A stretch of DNA of 55,238 bases, filler included, from Sphacelaria rigidula (Eukaryota), in the NCBI GenBank assembly GCA_964200075.2. It is 4 parts of 4 records of this genome, joined end to end, with 100 filler letters (N's around TTAATTAATTAA, not from the genome) between each part and the next. Parts side by side here need not be neighbours in the genome. Positions count along the whole stretch, not along the records: positions 1 to 13,736 come from CAXNAA020002696.1; positions 13,837 to 27,571 come from CAXNAA020002697.1; 2 more parts are not named here. One strand, written 5' to 3'. A program made the position numbers and the translations under genes. The notes beneath the pieces were generated by a model. That model had not been told where the DNA came from, made no database searches, and saw only the letters and a list, made by a program, of their open reading frames with translations. Positions 12,655 through 25,703 of the stretch are shown piece by piece; position 1 is the stretch's first letter; each line of letters starts with the position of its first letter.

Positions 12655-12704
12655 TATGTTTATTACCGTACATTAGTCCGATCTCTCGAATCCATGGTCA
12701 CAGA
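12655..12704 (-). repeat. Retroposon 3'-tail motif related to the short retroposon at 36879 and 54510
   Basis: TATTACCGTACATTAGTCCGATCTCTCGAATCCATGGTCACAGA aligns with TATTATATCCGTCACATTAGCTCGACCTCTCGAACTCGTGGTCACAGA. The adjoining body is different. Confidence 0.5.
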
Positions 12705-13736
12705 CGTAGTCGATTCGCCTTTCCAGTACCGTAATTGCTGTTCCTTACACGAGATGAGGGTCTCATTGCTCATTCTGAGGCTCCGAAAACAAACAAAATA
12801 ACCAAAAATAAAGGAAAAAGAGAGAAAGAGAGAGACGTCAAGGAAACGACAGAAAAAAAAATAGAAAGAGAGGGACGACTTCCCTACCCCCCCGCCAGGT
12901 ACTGATGAAGGGCGGTAGAGTTTTTACAGCCGCATACAACACTAATGGGGGTACGGAGAGTTTCTTCTTCATGAAGATACGTGTTTTCCAACCTGCAAAG
13001 CGTTTCATGCTCATTGTTTTCTAATATGAACGGTAACTTGTCGATTTCTGTTCCGTTCTCCACGGACTGCCTGATGCCAATCCCAGAAAAGCTTGGTATT
13101 GCTGTACGACGGTATCTTCGCGTGTTTAGTCGGACCCGAGGCGGCCACCTTCCTTCAAGTCTTGAGAGTCGTTTAAATTGGGTGGATGCAGTTGAGAAAA
13201 AATCAATTGTTTAGCTGTCATACCTGTTGCGAACTTCGGTCGGGAGTAAGCATGGTAGAGCAACGAAAGCTAGCTATGATCGGGTTTGCCTGCCGTGCTA
13301 CCGACAGCGTTGCGTGAAAGCCACAAGACCTTTGCTGTCGGCGGTTGATGGCGTGGATCTCAAATGCAACGACAAGTGGTCGATCGTAGAGCACTCTCGT
13401 CCCAGCTTGTAATGCATGATCTCCTCACATCACAATATTTCTGGAAAGCTACTCGTACTGTACCGAGGTGTTCACGCGACCAGCGTGTGCTCCAGATTGC
13501 AGCATGGGCGGACTCCTATGCGCCACACTAGCAACAGTAAGGTCACCACCATAGGTATCTTTTTTCACTCCGCATGTCAAGAAGGTCTCTACAAGTGTTT
13601 GATCTCTCATACACCCCCCTCAACTGGCGTGTGGCACGCTGTTCTCGTCGGGCACCCAGAGGGTCAGATGTGGGTAAAATCAACGATGAATAACACCCCC
13701 CAAGTTCAAATTGAATATTTTTGTTATGGCCGCACC

Positions 13737-13836
13737 NNNNNNNNNNNNNNNNNNNNNNNNNNNNNNNNNNNNNNNNNNNNTTAATTAATTAANNNNNNNN
13801 NNNNNNNNNNNNNNNNNNNNNNNNNNNNNNNNNNNN
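13737..13836. other. Assembly gap with artificial TTAATTAATTAA linker
   Basis: N44-TTAATTAATTAA-N44. The identical structure occurs at three positions. Confidence 0.95.
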
Positions 13837-14183
13837 CAGTGTAGCGATGCGAGGTCAACGGTCTTATGACTACTGCATGCAAGATCATGAGTACACCCCC
13901 CCTTCCTCCCTGACCCGTGGTCAAACGATCAAGGCAAGCAACAAATGAGCCCCCCCCCCCCCCCCACCCTGGCCCGAGAAACGATTTTACACAAAGGATT
14001 TCAAGACCTCTTCCGAGAAAATTCGAAATATGAAACGCCAACGGCTACGAAACCTGACACCATCAAGTCTTGTGCTCATGCGGTGCGGAGCAGTGTAGTG
14101 ACAAGGCGCGCTGACACAACCATCACAGCAGCCTGCACCAGGCAGAACCCCTCCAGGCAACGAGGGAGAAAACCCCCTTTTTG

Positions 14184-14416
14184 CAAGGTTGTGTTCTGTG
14201 AGGTATACTCTGAACTGCAGAATTTTCGGTTGGCATACTAGACCATACCGGAATGTGCACTACTGAACAATCCGGTATAGTTCGGTAGTGTATCGAGCCA
14301 TGTTCCGGGCACTCCCATTAGGGTCCTTGACAATGGTATTTCCCGATGAACACCTCTTTTTATCCTTCTACAAATACCCGAAGTTCATCCCGTGTACCCT
14401 ACAGAACACCATCTTG
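14184..14416. mobile_element. hAT-like MITE family C, short copy
   Basis: TIRs CAAGGTTGTGTTCTGT and ACAGAACACCATCTTG match the termini of the element at 37034-37571. Confidence 0.65.
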
Positions 14417-15203
14417 ATTTTTGGTGTCTCTTGCTCATCTTCACACAACTGTGTCTGTGCGTGTGTCCGATGGCCGTTAGGCGCCTGAGGACGTGTGTGG
14501 GTGCAACCAAGTAGATTACAGGACCGAACAAAAACAGATACACGTAGACGCCTCTCGGCTCGCAGCAAGGCGAGAGGAACATTCAGAAACTTATGTCAAA
14601 GCGTAAGCCCCCCACCATCATCACACAGCTGTGCAGGCGTTTGCGCGTATATGCCCAATAAGCTTTGGCCGCGTGTGGGCGCGTAGGCGCAGTGGAAATA
14701 TCCAGGAATCGTACTCATGGAATTTGAGCGACGGATGCGTGCAAACCCAACGCTCATAAACAGAGACACGAACAGGAACAACACCGTTTACTCCCATTTG
14801 ACGGTGCCGAACGCATGAAGAAGGCCGACGGCCAGGGGGGCATTTGCTGTGCAGCGTCTGCTGCTTGCTGCCGCGCCACATTGCAGTTATCTCCTTCCTA
14901 CTCTAACCCTCAGACCGCGGTGCGGGTAGTCCATCCGGATCACGCATACTTTTTCACGTGGACATTGATGCCGATTCAGCAGGTGATCTACCCTCGCGGT
15001 AAAAGGGTTGAGCGGACGGAAGGAGCGTCAATCTATCGCACAGTTATCGCCCTCCTGTGCAATAGTTGAATCCACGTGTATTGTATGTTGAGCTTGTTGG
15101 ATACGGTTGCCCTTGAACTTCGGTGTTTTTTGCGGAGCAATAGTATACATTGAAGTTCACCCTAATCATTATTCGAGTGATTCTTCGAGTACTTGGTCCG
15201 AAC

Positions 15204-17670
15204 CTAGTCGATCATTCCGTGACAATGATACACGCCGGTATCAAAATACACAAAAACTGAGCACGGTGAATCAACACCCCGCTGGTGTAGCCATGGCCGC
15301 CTACTACTAGTAATGTAATTGTACTGAGGGGAAAGGAACAGAAAAACCCTCCGCAAAAACAGCAACAGCAACAGCAACAGCAACCCGTGCAAAAACCACA
15401 AGAGCAGCCCCTAGCAAACAAGCGAACAGCAACCGAAAGGTTCGTGGGGAAAACACACACCGCGAGCGGCCGAACCCCGAAAACGACATATAGTGTTACG
15501 TGAAACCCCTAGCGTGCTAACACACAAAGCAAATGACCTTGATACTTCCGAAGGCAGAGCATGCCGAATGCAAACCGTCGCGCACCACATGCATACCTTG
15601 AACCAGCACGTGTCCACGATTTCCGCTGGGCAGCCGCGGTTGTCCACTAACGGCGTGGTGTACGGAGCCGGGTTACGTCCACCCTTGTTGAGAGCCTCAA
15701 GCTCTGCAACGCGCGCTTCCAACACGGAGTTGTGAGACTTTACGACGGATTGAGACAAGTAGAGAATCAAACAAGGGGTGACAGACAACGCAGAGACACA
15801 CTGGTCAAGCGGTAGCAATATGTGATGACGTAAGGGGATCTGTAACGATCGATCGTTACAAACGATGGCGCAATCAAGGTACATCGACGGTCCGGCAGTC
15901 GGCTTCACTAGTGGTCCCTTGTGCAGCGGACACTATGCTCGTCATCGTACACACGGTTGCTATCAGGATATGGTGGCACACACGTGGTTGCTATCGAAAC
16001 TACTCATAACAGCTGCTCGAATGAACGTACATGACAATAGTACAGTACAGTAAGAGGCTTGCACCGTGCCACAAGCACAGCTCCAGACAACCCTTGCGAC
16101 AGTTTCGACTAGTACGACGGTGCAAACAAAGCCTGCTCGCAATCGTGCTGCACCGAATACGTGCAAAAAAGTGAGGCTTAGGGGTCCTACCCAACACATG
16201 GACCTTGGTGCTATAATAATCGTTGCAAGCCTGGAAGTCTTGTTATATGCCGGCTGCTTGGCTACATGCAGGCTTGCGATGTCTTGCTATACGCACCGGC
16301 ACGCGGACAGAAACATGCGGGGAAGAATAACTTGACGCAATTCTTTCAGGAGTAAGTCAAGGAATGGTTCTGTAGTAGCGTCGGCTGCGTCATGGGCTTG
16401 GGGACATGACAAAATGCTGGATGTGAGTCAGAATGAACACGGCAGGGACCGCAAAATTTTTGTCTAGAAAAAAAAGGAAAACGACGAGGCCGCACCGACG
16501 CTGCTATACATGGCTTGTCGTGTGCCCCTCGAAGGTAATTGTCGCCACCGTGTCTGTTGCTATCCGAAGCTAAACAAAAAGATCATCCTCAGCTGCTTCA
16601 TGGTGCAAATTCGATGATAACCCAGGGGCGCGGACATATGTTGCATTGAGGTGCTGTAAACTAAATGATGTTCATCTAGAACCGTGAGGTGTTGAGTCGC
16701 GATTGTCGTAGTACTATCAGCCCTAACTCACTCAGCTCATGGAGACCATGGAGCGTTGAAAAAAGGATGGCCTTTATGCACATGATGTGAGGTGATGGAG
16801 TGAGAGATTGTTATGTTGGAGTTAGAGATATCTCACTCCAACTAAAGTAGACCATGGGTTGAACATAAATGAAGCCAATAACTAAGTGTACAGTCACTCC
16901 ATGAAGAACAAAGACGGTCGTCACAGATATCAAGCGTCGAACGTGGGACACGTGCGCCGCGGGAGAAGAAAGTCCAAAGACAGCCCGACTTCCTTTACGA
17001 GTATTATAATTCATAACTATCGCTTCCACGACGGACGGAAAAATCACTCTTGTGGGTAAAACGAAGTGCCCGACAAGGATGGGACAAGCTACAGCGAACA
17101 CTGGGTAAAGCTGCGGGGGGGTTAAGTTGTGATGTGCCTCAAGACACCTTGACACTCCCTGCGCACAACATACCGACCCATGATAAAATTCCTCGTGGAA
17201 GGAGGTATACACTGGTCAGCCCTCCGGGCAACCGAGTCATAACTACTCTCTGGCTAACGTACCGATCCGAGTATGTCTATGCTGTCTGTACAACGTTCCA
17301 ACGCTTAGATTACCTTCCAGGCCTGGCTTTGTCTCCAGGAGTAAACGTTCGTCCCGCACAGCAATGCCACCACCGACAACAATCCCATCAGGCCGAGCTT
17401 ACGTTTCTTCTTGGATATTTTTGAGCCAGATTTTTCTGAATCGGACGAACTTTCGGTGCTGGTGGTCGAAGACGCGATAGATCGCGTAGGCGAAGCGATC
17501 GTCTGCGTAGCCGCAGAATCCACGGCGAGTCTCTCCTGTGCGCTCAGCCAACTCCTGCCGTACACCGTCAAGGGGCAACGGTCAACGGGGTTTTTCAGGG
17601 CGCGTACTACTAGCACGGCGTACATAGGGCGGATACACGGGAGCGGCGATAACAGCGCGAAGTTTTCCAT
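15204..17670 (-). CDS. Hypothetical single-pass membrane protein; exons 17670-17314, 15737-15597, last exon uncertain (15323-15204 candidate)
   Basis: Exon 1: Ser-rich stretch, KKKRK, hydrophobic LGLMGLLSVVALLCG, ending AAG|gtaatc. Exon 2 (phase 0): SHNSVLEARVAELEALNK (coiled-coil-like)...VDTCWFK|gtatgc. No recognised family. Confidence 0.5.
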
Positions 17671-18934
17671 CGTGGAGGTGGGCCATAAAATCTGTGTACT
17701 GCCTGTTGTGCTGTTGCACACTACAGTTGTAGAGGACTAGGCGGTTTTATCTTGGTTGTACGGGCTGCGTGACTCGTCAACGTTTGGTTCAAGAAGAAAT
17801 CGGCGGCATGAAGGAGAGTCGGTTTCCTGGGACTACTACTGTGTACAAGGTTGATTCAACAGCTGTTCGGCCTAGGTGCTCACTCTACTCCATGAAGTGG
17901 GCAATGGAAAGATACAGGATGGACTTGTGCTCCTGGCTGTACCGTGGCCTCTGCATACTGTACTATAGCATCGACGACAGTTCAAGCCAGTGAATTCTTA
18001 ATCAAAAGCTGGTACCACCACCCCGAGAGGACAACAGAACCCATGGCTCACACAATCATCCTGTACAAACGATGGCGATGCTTCGGGGAAAACAGAGGGA
18101 GTTGTCAGGACACGGGTGGAAGTTCAATTTGAATTTTGGACAAACCACGCTCCAGCTTATTTTAGCTGAAAGGGAACAAACGCATCCAGTATCAGAAGGT
18201 GAAAAACTTGCTGTACTCGCCACAATTCCCCATTCCTGCCGAAGAAACGAGGTCGTGCTAATCTTGAAAACACAAGCGTCCACACACCCCATGCTCAGCC
18301 AACATCTCACTCATCGACTAGAATGTGTGTCATGACACCCTCCACGTGTATCCCTGTGCTAAAGGCTTAACAAAGCACAGCACCGTATCGAACCGTACTG
18401 CCCTACTTTAGTCTTACCCGACATTAACAAAGCTTTGGGGATCGAAGTCCAAGCTGCCATTGTAGCTGCTGTCGATCTTGTGTTCATCCTCACCCTCGGA
18501 TTGTTGGCTAGAGGTCATTGTTGTAGCTACAGAGAATAGGAAACGGGGTACGCTGTCGAGCAAAGTCAGGACATGTGATCATATCATGGGTGAAGAGAGT
18601 AGAGCATGGCATATATCGTCAGGTAGTGTAAACTGATATCATTTTTCCTCCGACATTTCAGACCCGTGGTCGATCAGGATGGCTCTTGCTGGAACAGCCG
18701 AAAACAATCGTGGACGCATACAAAGCCGATACATATATACGCAGTACAACGCCAACCCTAATCCAACCCTAACCCAATACAACGGACATGGTATAATTTT
18801 CCACTCAAATACGTCGTTGTCGTTGTCATCGTCATGGCCGTGGTAGATGTATGCCATACCCTTTGATGGCCGTCGTCGTTGTTGTGGTTTTCACATTATT
18901 AAAAACCGCGCAGATCTCTGCCCACTAACTTCTA

Positions 18935-19190
18935 AAGTAACATCCGTACCCGCAGAACTTGCGAAATGCCTTCGGAGAGATGCGGGGCCCCCTAGAGGCA
19001 AAAACAAAGCCCCGGAGGCGCTTCATCCCTCTGGAGCAAACCAAAACGCGTTTCATCCCTCTGGAGCAAACCAAAACATTTCCTCTGGAGGTCCGCGCAC
19101 CCCTCCGAAGGCGTTTAATTCCTCTGGAGGCTCGAAAAGTTGACCGACCTGAAGGAATTATGGGGGTAGTCAAATAGCCGCGTGTGCTTC
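18935..19190 (+). repeat. Dispersed repeat family D with internal CCCTC(T/C)GGAG subrepeats, copy 1
   Basis: Homologous in inverted orientation to 40525-40870, e.g. GGCTCGAAAAGTTGACCG...GGAATTATGGGGGTAG. Confidence 0.7.
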
Positions 19191-19565
19191 GTTCGGTTAC
19201 AGCACCATTCATTTGATGAAACCCCAGATTTTGAAAACACAAGACCTGCAAGGGAACTCGCAAGTAAATACAAGTATTGACGTGTTGTTGTCTTTCCGGC
19301 ATCATGTCGTTTCTTTCGCACAGCCGTTTTCTTTCGTGATCGAAAATGCAGATGTCAGCCCTTCTTTTGGCATTCGTCCCCTGAAAATCTGAAAATTGTC
19401 CGAAGTTCCGACGACAACACATTTTTCTGGACGAGCGATAGAAAATGCCACTTTCGTACGTACATGAAACTCCACCCCCAAGAAAATGGAGCAGCTAGCT
19501 GTCTACGCTCCTCTCAGCGACTACGGAGACGTTTATCAGGGGATGGGGGTTCGGTGACACGGTTC

Positions 19566-20031
19566 AACACGGGATCTTACAAATTGGGGATGGATCCTTT
19601 ATTGGGGATGGATCCTTTATTGGGGATGAGGAACCCGGAGAATTAAAATCTTCGTGTTCACACCGAATCTTCGAAATATGGTTCCATTTCTTCACCGACT
19701 GATAGCTATTATTGACAACTGTTACACGCCACAGAAATTTGGATTTCGATCACCGAAATTTTGGAATCCTAGTTGAAAAATCAATTTCGGAACCATTTTC
19801 GGCGTCCGTTCGGACACCCGGAATTCCCCCAAAATGGTTTTTCACCTAGGACCCAAACATTTTGATGATCGAAATCCAAATTTCTACGGCGTGTAGCAGT
19901 TGTCAGGGACTATCAGTAGGTGAAGAAATGGAACCATATTTCGAAGATTTGGTGCGGATACGAAGATTTTATTTCTCCGGGTTTCTTATCCCCAATAAAA
20001 GATCCATCCCCAATTTGTAAGATCCCGTGTT
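19566..20031. mobile_element. Fold-back MITE family B, copy 2
   Basis: AACACGGGATCTTACAAATTGGGGATGG...CCATCCCCAATTTGTAAGATCCCGTGTT. Flanks GTTC/GTTG. Contains an internal tandem duplication of ATTGGGGATGGATCCTTT. Confidence 0.85.
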
Positions 20032-20814
20032 GTTGCCCGGAAGAAAAAGGCAAACCAAGGACCGAAAACTGCATTCTCGAACAAGAGAAAGAAACGGCTG
20101 CATAAGAAACGACCTTAGGGAGTGAAGATAATTTCTCGCCTGCTTTCGATGGATGTCCAGGCGATAACCTCAGGTGAAAAACACAGACAGGAAACACGAT
20201 AGCCTCCACATGCAGTATTTCAACACAAAGCAACTTCAGTAGAGTACTGACTGCATTACACCGTTAAAAGTGCAGGTATCTTGTTGTCAATCGTTAGCGT
20301 TGGCTGTTTTTCTACACTGTGCTATTGGATAATGCTTACATAACTTCTACAGTAGAACAAGTAACCGACATATTTAGTTGAATGTGACGTAAGGAATGTT
20401 TTCAAATCATACACGATCTTTTGAGGTTTTCCGGTGAAGAACGAAGTTGTAGCAGCATGGCGGGTGCCGTGTCGTGCCCATTAAAAATTACCACTGACCC
20501 ACGTGAGAAGCTCGGCAGATGACACTCGAACCAGTCCCTAAAATCTCTCCAGGACTTGGCGGGGTCGTCGACAGCTCTGGACACTACTGTGCATACGCAT
20601 ATGCATGTAATGAGGTTTGGGGAAAACAAAATGATTTACCCAATGTCATGTATTATGGATGCCCGCGCGCCACAGCACCGCAGTCGTGGGCAGCAGGAGA
20701 AGCGGGTAGTGGCAACGTTAATTCGGCATATTCGTGCACCTACAGCGATCGCATAGCACACGCCCGCTACTTCACTCATCACCTGACGCAAATCTTCCCA
20801 TGTATTATATGATT

Positions 20815-23800
20815 TCATCTTCGTCGCTCAACCCCTGCCAAGATGTGCGGATTTCGAATCCAAAAGTTATCCCGAATAATGTCACACACGTCTTCCTCCA
20901 CCACACCAGGCGGTGCATGGCCCTTTTTGAGCAATCTTCTTCCCTTGCCGGGAGCGCCACTTCCACCCGCCGCCTTCAACATACCCCCCCCGTCGCCCGG
21001 CGTAGACTTATCCACACTGACAGATATCAGTCTAGGACTATCTTGAGAACTCCCGGCCATCTTCTTCGACTCACTCGACACCGCTCCATGTTCCGAAGCT
21101 CCCGATTTTTCGTCCGTTTCATGACACGTGTTCGATTTCTCTGTTGGCCCCGTCTCTTGCCGATGCTCCAACGAAGCACAAGCGTTTGGTTCTGGCCCAC
21201 CCTGACCATCAGCTACACCAGTCACGGCAGGTGTCATCGTCGCACTCGCATCCGGCAAATGCATGACGTCTATCCCATCGATTTCCGTCGGTACAGACAT
21301 GTCGGCTCCTCTTTCCCCAGGTTCACAGTTTACACTTTCTCCACCACCTTGCCGCATTGACTCACGGTCTTGTCTGCCTACACTTTTGTTACCATCCGGC
21401 TCAGCAGGTTCTCTCGTGAAGGTCGGCGGCCGACCTGTTTCCAATCGCTGACCTGCATCATTCCGTTGATCGCTGTTGTCTTGCTTTGCAGAATTGGCAT
21501 CGAGCTCTCTTGTGGAAGGGGCCACCGACGGAAAAGGTGGTTGCGGTGGAGGCACGGTAGAGGCGCCGGGGCGTGTCCGGTACAATGTCGTGCCTTTGCG
21601 GAAGCGCTGCGGTATCCCGTTGTAGTTGATGCCGAACCTCGAGAACAAGAGCTCGTTCTTATCCCCCGAAGTTGTGCCCTTCAGGATCACTTGTGCGTCT
21701 TGTTTGGATTCGCCTTGAGCGTATGTGGGTGTGTGTTGAAGCCATTAAAGCCAAGCGAGCGGAAACAATTCAATGGTCATTTTCCTCTTCCGATTGTACG
21801 AACAGGCGCTTGTGGTGAGAATATCGCATGTGTCGGTACCGGCACGCAAGATCTTTGGCATGCCATTTGCTGCACGACATTCAGTGGAGAATGTTGTCGC
21901 AATATTGTCTCAGGAACGCATTCCCCAATCATGGGTCACACCGTGGAGTCTCCTAAAGCACATTAGCAACGGCATAATGAGCAACTTGCTAAATCGAGAA
22001 GCGACAAAATAGATATATCCGGTGAATCCAACACGACGATCGAATGAGCCTCAAAAAGCGTTTCGATAAAACGGCGTCCCCTCGAAACGAGTGTAATTTA
22101 TATCTGCACGAACGCTGCTCAACTCATCATTGAATCATACAATCTAATGAAAAAAAACAGGTATTTTCTCCGTGTGTCCTGTGCTAACCGCACATGGAGT
22201 GTCGCAGCAATTCGAATAACACCGAGACTGAGTTAACTTCCTGACGAAACGGTTAACCATGAAAATTCCAACATACAGCGCAACACAGGCTGCGGCGAAG
22301 ACGGGACAGCGTTACGGTACACGTCTGCCGTGTGGTTTGGTCAGCACTACCGCACCTTTTTACGCGAAGGTGGTGAGGTTCGCAGGGGTGCTTGGTCGGA
22401 AGATTCCTTCATCTAGGGAATGAAAAAGCTGTCGATAACAGCCAAGTCTGGTCGACCGATTGACAGCTGAAAACAAACCGCAAACACAACGTCGAGACAA
22501 AAATATGGACAATGATAGTGCAAAGCATGCCACACGAAGAAGACACCCACCGGCGGCGACAAGGCTCCAGAAGCACGTGTTGTATAGATTATTGATGTGG
22601 CAGTCTGCTTGTCTCCACCCAAAGTAGTCGCGAATGTGCTGTAAACATGATGCCGTCGCGGTAGCACGGCAGAGTAGGGCACGCAGGTTTGACATGACAC
22701 TGGCCAAGCGAAAAGCCACGTGAATAATTCGAGTCTCGAACGTTCGAGTTGTTCCTCTGAAACATTCCAAAATCTGTTCCAAACCTTCATGCACAAACTG
22801 ACGTCTAGCACCCATTGGAGTACTAATGAATCACGATCGCAGGTCACTGAACAATCTCATCTCGCTTTCACTGCGGATGGATCTAGGGGAACAAAAGCCA
22901 TGGTCGGAAATCGTTGCGCTCGCTTTGTTCTACATTATACCTTTGGCCTCTCCCGTTACTCGGGACGTACTCGGGACGAATTCGTAGTCTCGAGAGATCA
23001 ACACCGCTTGGTACCTGCCTGACATTTTGCCATCACGGATTGGATCATGACCATCACTACTTCTACATCGCGTCGACTCTCGTTAAGTTAACCCTTTGAC
23101 CGCGCGGGTAGATCACCGGCTGAATCGTCATCAATTTCACTTGAAAAAAGTATGCGTAATCGGGATGGACTACCCGCATCGCGGTCTGAGGGTTAACGTT
23201 CTTTGCTACTCACGCCTCCAGGCAATCAACTACGGGAAACAGATTCTGCCGAAGAGGACCGTATCTGTCGAGATTCAAACCTGCACCCTCCCGCCGTAGT
23301 AGCTGTTGGTGTACCAGTGAGATAATCGAGGCGTGGCGGTGGAGCAAATGGATAATACTTGCAAGCGACATGATTTTTTTCTGTAGTGAAAGTGCTGCAA
23401 TAATGCTACCTCGGTGCCGAACCAAAACCTTTTCGCTCTCACCTCTGCCGAAGGATAGGAAACAACCCGCGCATCGAAGTTGGGCGGATAGAGGAGAGGA
23501 GTGTCCGGAAAGTACTTGGACCAAAAGAACACGAAGCTGCCAATCGATATCGCACACCAGAAGCAGGCAGATGGGTGGGTAACGGGCTTTCATCACATCA
23601 GTTCCGACGGCATGTGATTCACCGGTTGAAAATACCGGAACAAAATTAACGTTCCGGTTCACACTCCCACTGAGGTAACATGAAACCTACAAACGGAATG
23701 CATCGAAAACACAGCAAGTGGCACCGACTATGCTCGTACCAGGAGTGCTGTATACTATGATACATGTTGTTGTACTATTAATAGCCATTTTATTTACCAA

Positions 23801-24951
23801 CACGAACGCCTCAAGTGTGTCAAGACTCGTGTGGATGTCCGAGATTTGCCTTCAGGATGCCAGACGCCTCAACATTTCGACGAACAAAGTTTGCTTTTGA
23901 ATAAGCTAGACATCGCTCACGAGGGGTCCACTATAGTAGTAAAACAACTGTAGTGCACCAACGGTATCGCCTGTCAGGGACGTCAACGGAATGCGTCACT
24001 GCTGTTGCTTGGGTTGTAGCACCTCGAAGAGAAGAGCGACACGAAGGAAGTTGCTATCTTGGCCGATCGCCTGCCGTAGAGAGAACTGGAAGCGGGAAGC
24101 AAGAAGCTGAACTCGTCGCTTTGTCCGTAGGCCATTACCAAGTCCGTCCACTCACTCATTACCTGGCGTGCACACTGGTAGCGGCACAACAGTACAGTAC
24201 AGTACAAACAGTGCAGCACATCGACGGTGGCAGCACGGTTGTGGTTGTTCACAGAGCAATCCCATAAAAATAGTAAGCCGTCATCACACCGCGAGAGTTA
24301 TCGGTGCCGTCGTTAGTGAACGGCCAAGGGATAGTACGGTATAACGACGCGACCGACGTGGTTACATGCAATCTTTTCAGTAGCTAGCGTACATCACGCA
24401 GCAGCAGCAGCAGCCGACTCTGCAGCCCGAAATCGCCGATTCCCGAAATTGCCGATTAGGGTCGTACGATGGACACATCCATGGGAGTAACCACGAAGAA
24501 GTTCTCTGTCGCAATCCTGCTGCAGTGCTGGGAACAACCGCTTACAGTACGAGTACCTCGAAAAAAGATATCATCGCAGTGTGTATACAGTACGATACTG
24601 TACTGTTCCAGAGAGAAAGTTCCAGTACCCAAACGACTGTCATCGAACTCATGCACTGACCACAACAGTACCCGCACTGCTGGCCGCCACAATGACGGTA
24701 CAGTAGTGCAGGTAGATTTCCAGGCACATTGATACAGCGCCAGTCAAGAACCGATATTCAAAGATGCTGGCGGTATTGCTCACCTCGGTCATGAGCAGTA
24801 ACCCTCGCTCATCATTTGGCTTGGAAAACCCATGCTCAGCGGTAAACTTGGTGAAACGGTGACCGTCGAGTCGTGTGATGAGATACGTGTCTTGCATCAG
24901 TGCGTCCGGGAGCTCAAACTTCTTCACATACTGAAACCTGCTGTTGGCCAT
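20815..24951 (-). CDS. THG1: tRNA(His) guanylyltransferase; exons 24951-24784, 24174-24023, 23536-23443, 22638-22551, 21713-20815 (466 aa)
   Basis: Motifs in order: [20 protein letters not shown] (catalytic Asp), [16 protein letters not shown] (catalytic Asp), [69 protein letters not shown]. All introns are GT-AG and in phase. Confidence 0.97.
23092..23192. mobile_element. piggyBac-like micro-MITE (101 bp) in THG1 intron 3
   Basis: TTAA-CCCTTTGACCGCGCGGGTAG ... CTACCCGCATCGCGGTCTGAGGG-TTAA, i.e. TTAA TSD with CCC/GGG termini. Confidence 0.75.
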
Positions 24952-25703
24952 CGTTGTGGCGCATACAAAGGCGCTCCCAACTCGCATGTATATCACAGGA
25001 CACGCCGCAGGCTCCTGCTCGCCCGTACGCGTTCGTACCGGATTAGCTTCCCTCAATGTGTCGTCTCACGTCCGTTACCACGGCCCACTATATCGTGCGT
25101 CCCTGCAACTTGTTCCGTGCTATGTTTCTATGTGGAAAGACCCCACCTGAAGGCGAGCCCACCTACATGTGTTCTTCGTGAGGGCTTGTTTTATTAACGA
25201 TATCAGTTTGTTGTTCAGCGATTATTCAGCCAACCCTTTGCAAACAGTTTGCGACGGTGCTTGCTTGAACATGCAGACGCCCTTATTCTCTCATGTCTGT
25301 AAAATAGGTCACACCAAATGTAATGTGCGGGATATAACACCCCCCTGAAATACAGCTCAATCAATCTCTGCAAGGATTGATGACCTGAAACACCAAGAAA
25401 CTCATGATAGTAAGATGAATCGAGAAGAGATTAACGATTATATGGACTCCGGCGGGAAAATGTGAATTAGTTGAGCGACCCGAGGTCGAAATGCTCCCTG
25501 GGGAGTGTTATACAGCGTCATCTTGGGCAATTGATGGTGAAACCGCTTTGAAAAACACTTGAACAAAGTGTGCGGGAAATGCGGTGTAATTTCGCCCCCT
25601 TAAAACGAGAACGCCTTCAAATGACGGTCATTGAGAAAACAGCGGAGGCGCTCGCTTACCCAGTGTTCTTCGGGTGTTCTGCGAGGCGGAGTGTTCTTAG
25701 CTT

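Noticed and set aside
13781..13792. TTAATTAATTAA palindrome as a biological site
   Set aside because: Always centred in N-gaps of fixed length, so it is an assembly artefact.
18753..18775. Telomere-like CCCTAA units (also ~29324-29336)
   Set aside because: Only two or three degenerate units, insufficient to call an interstitial telomere.
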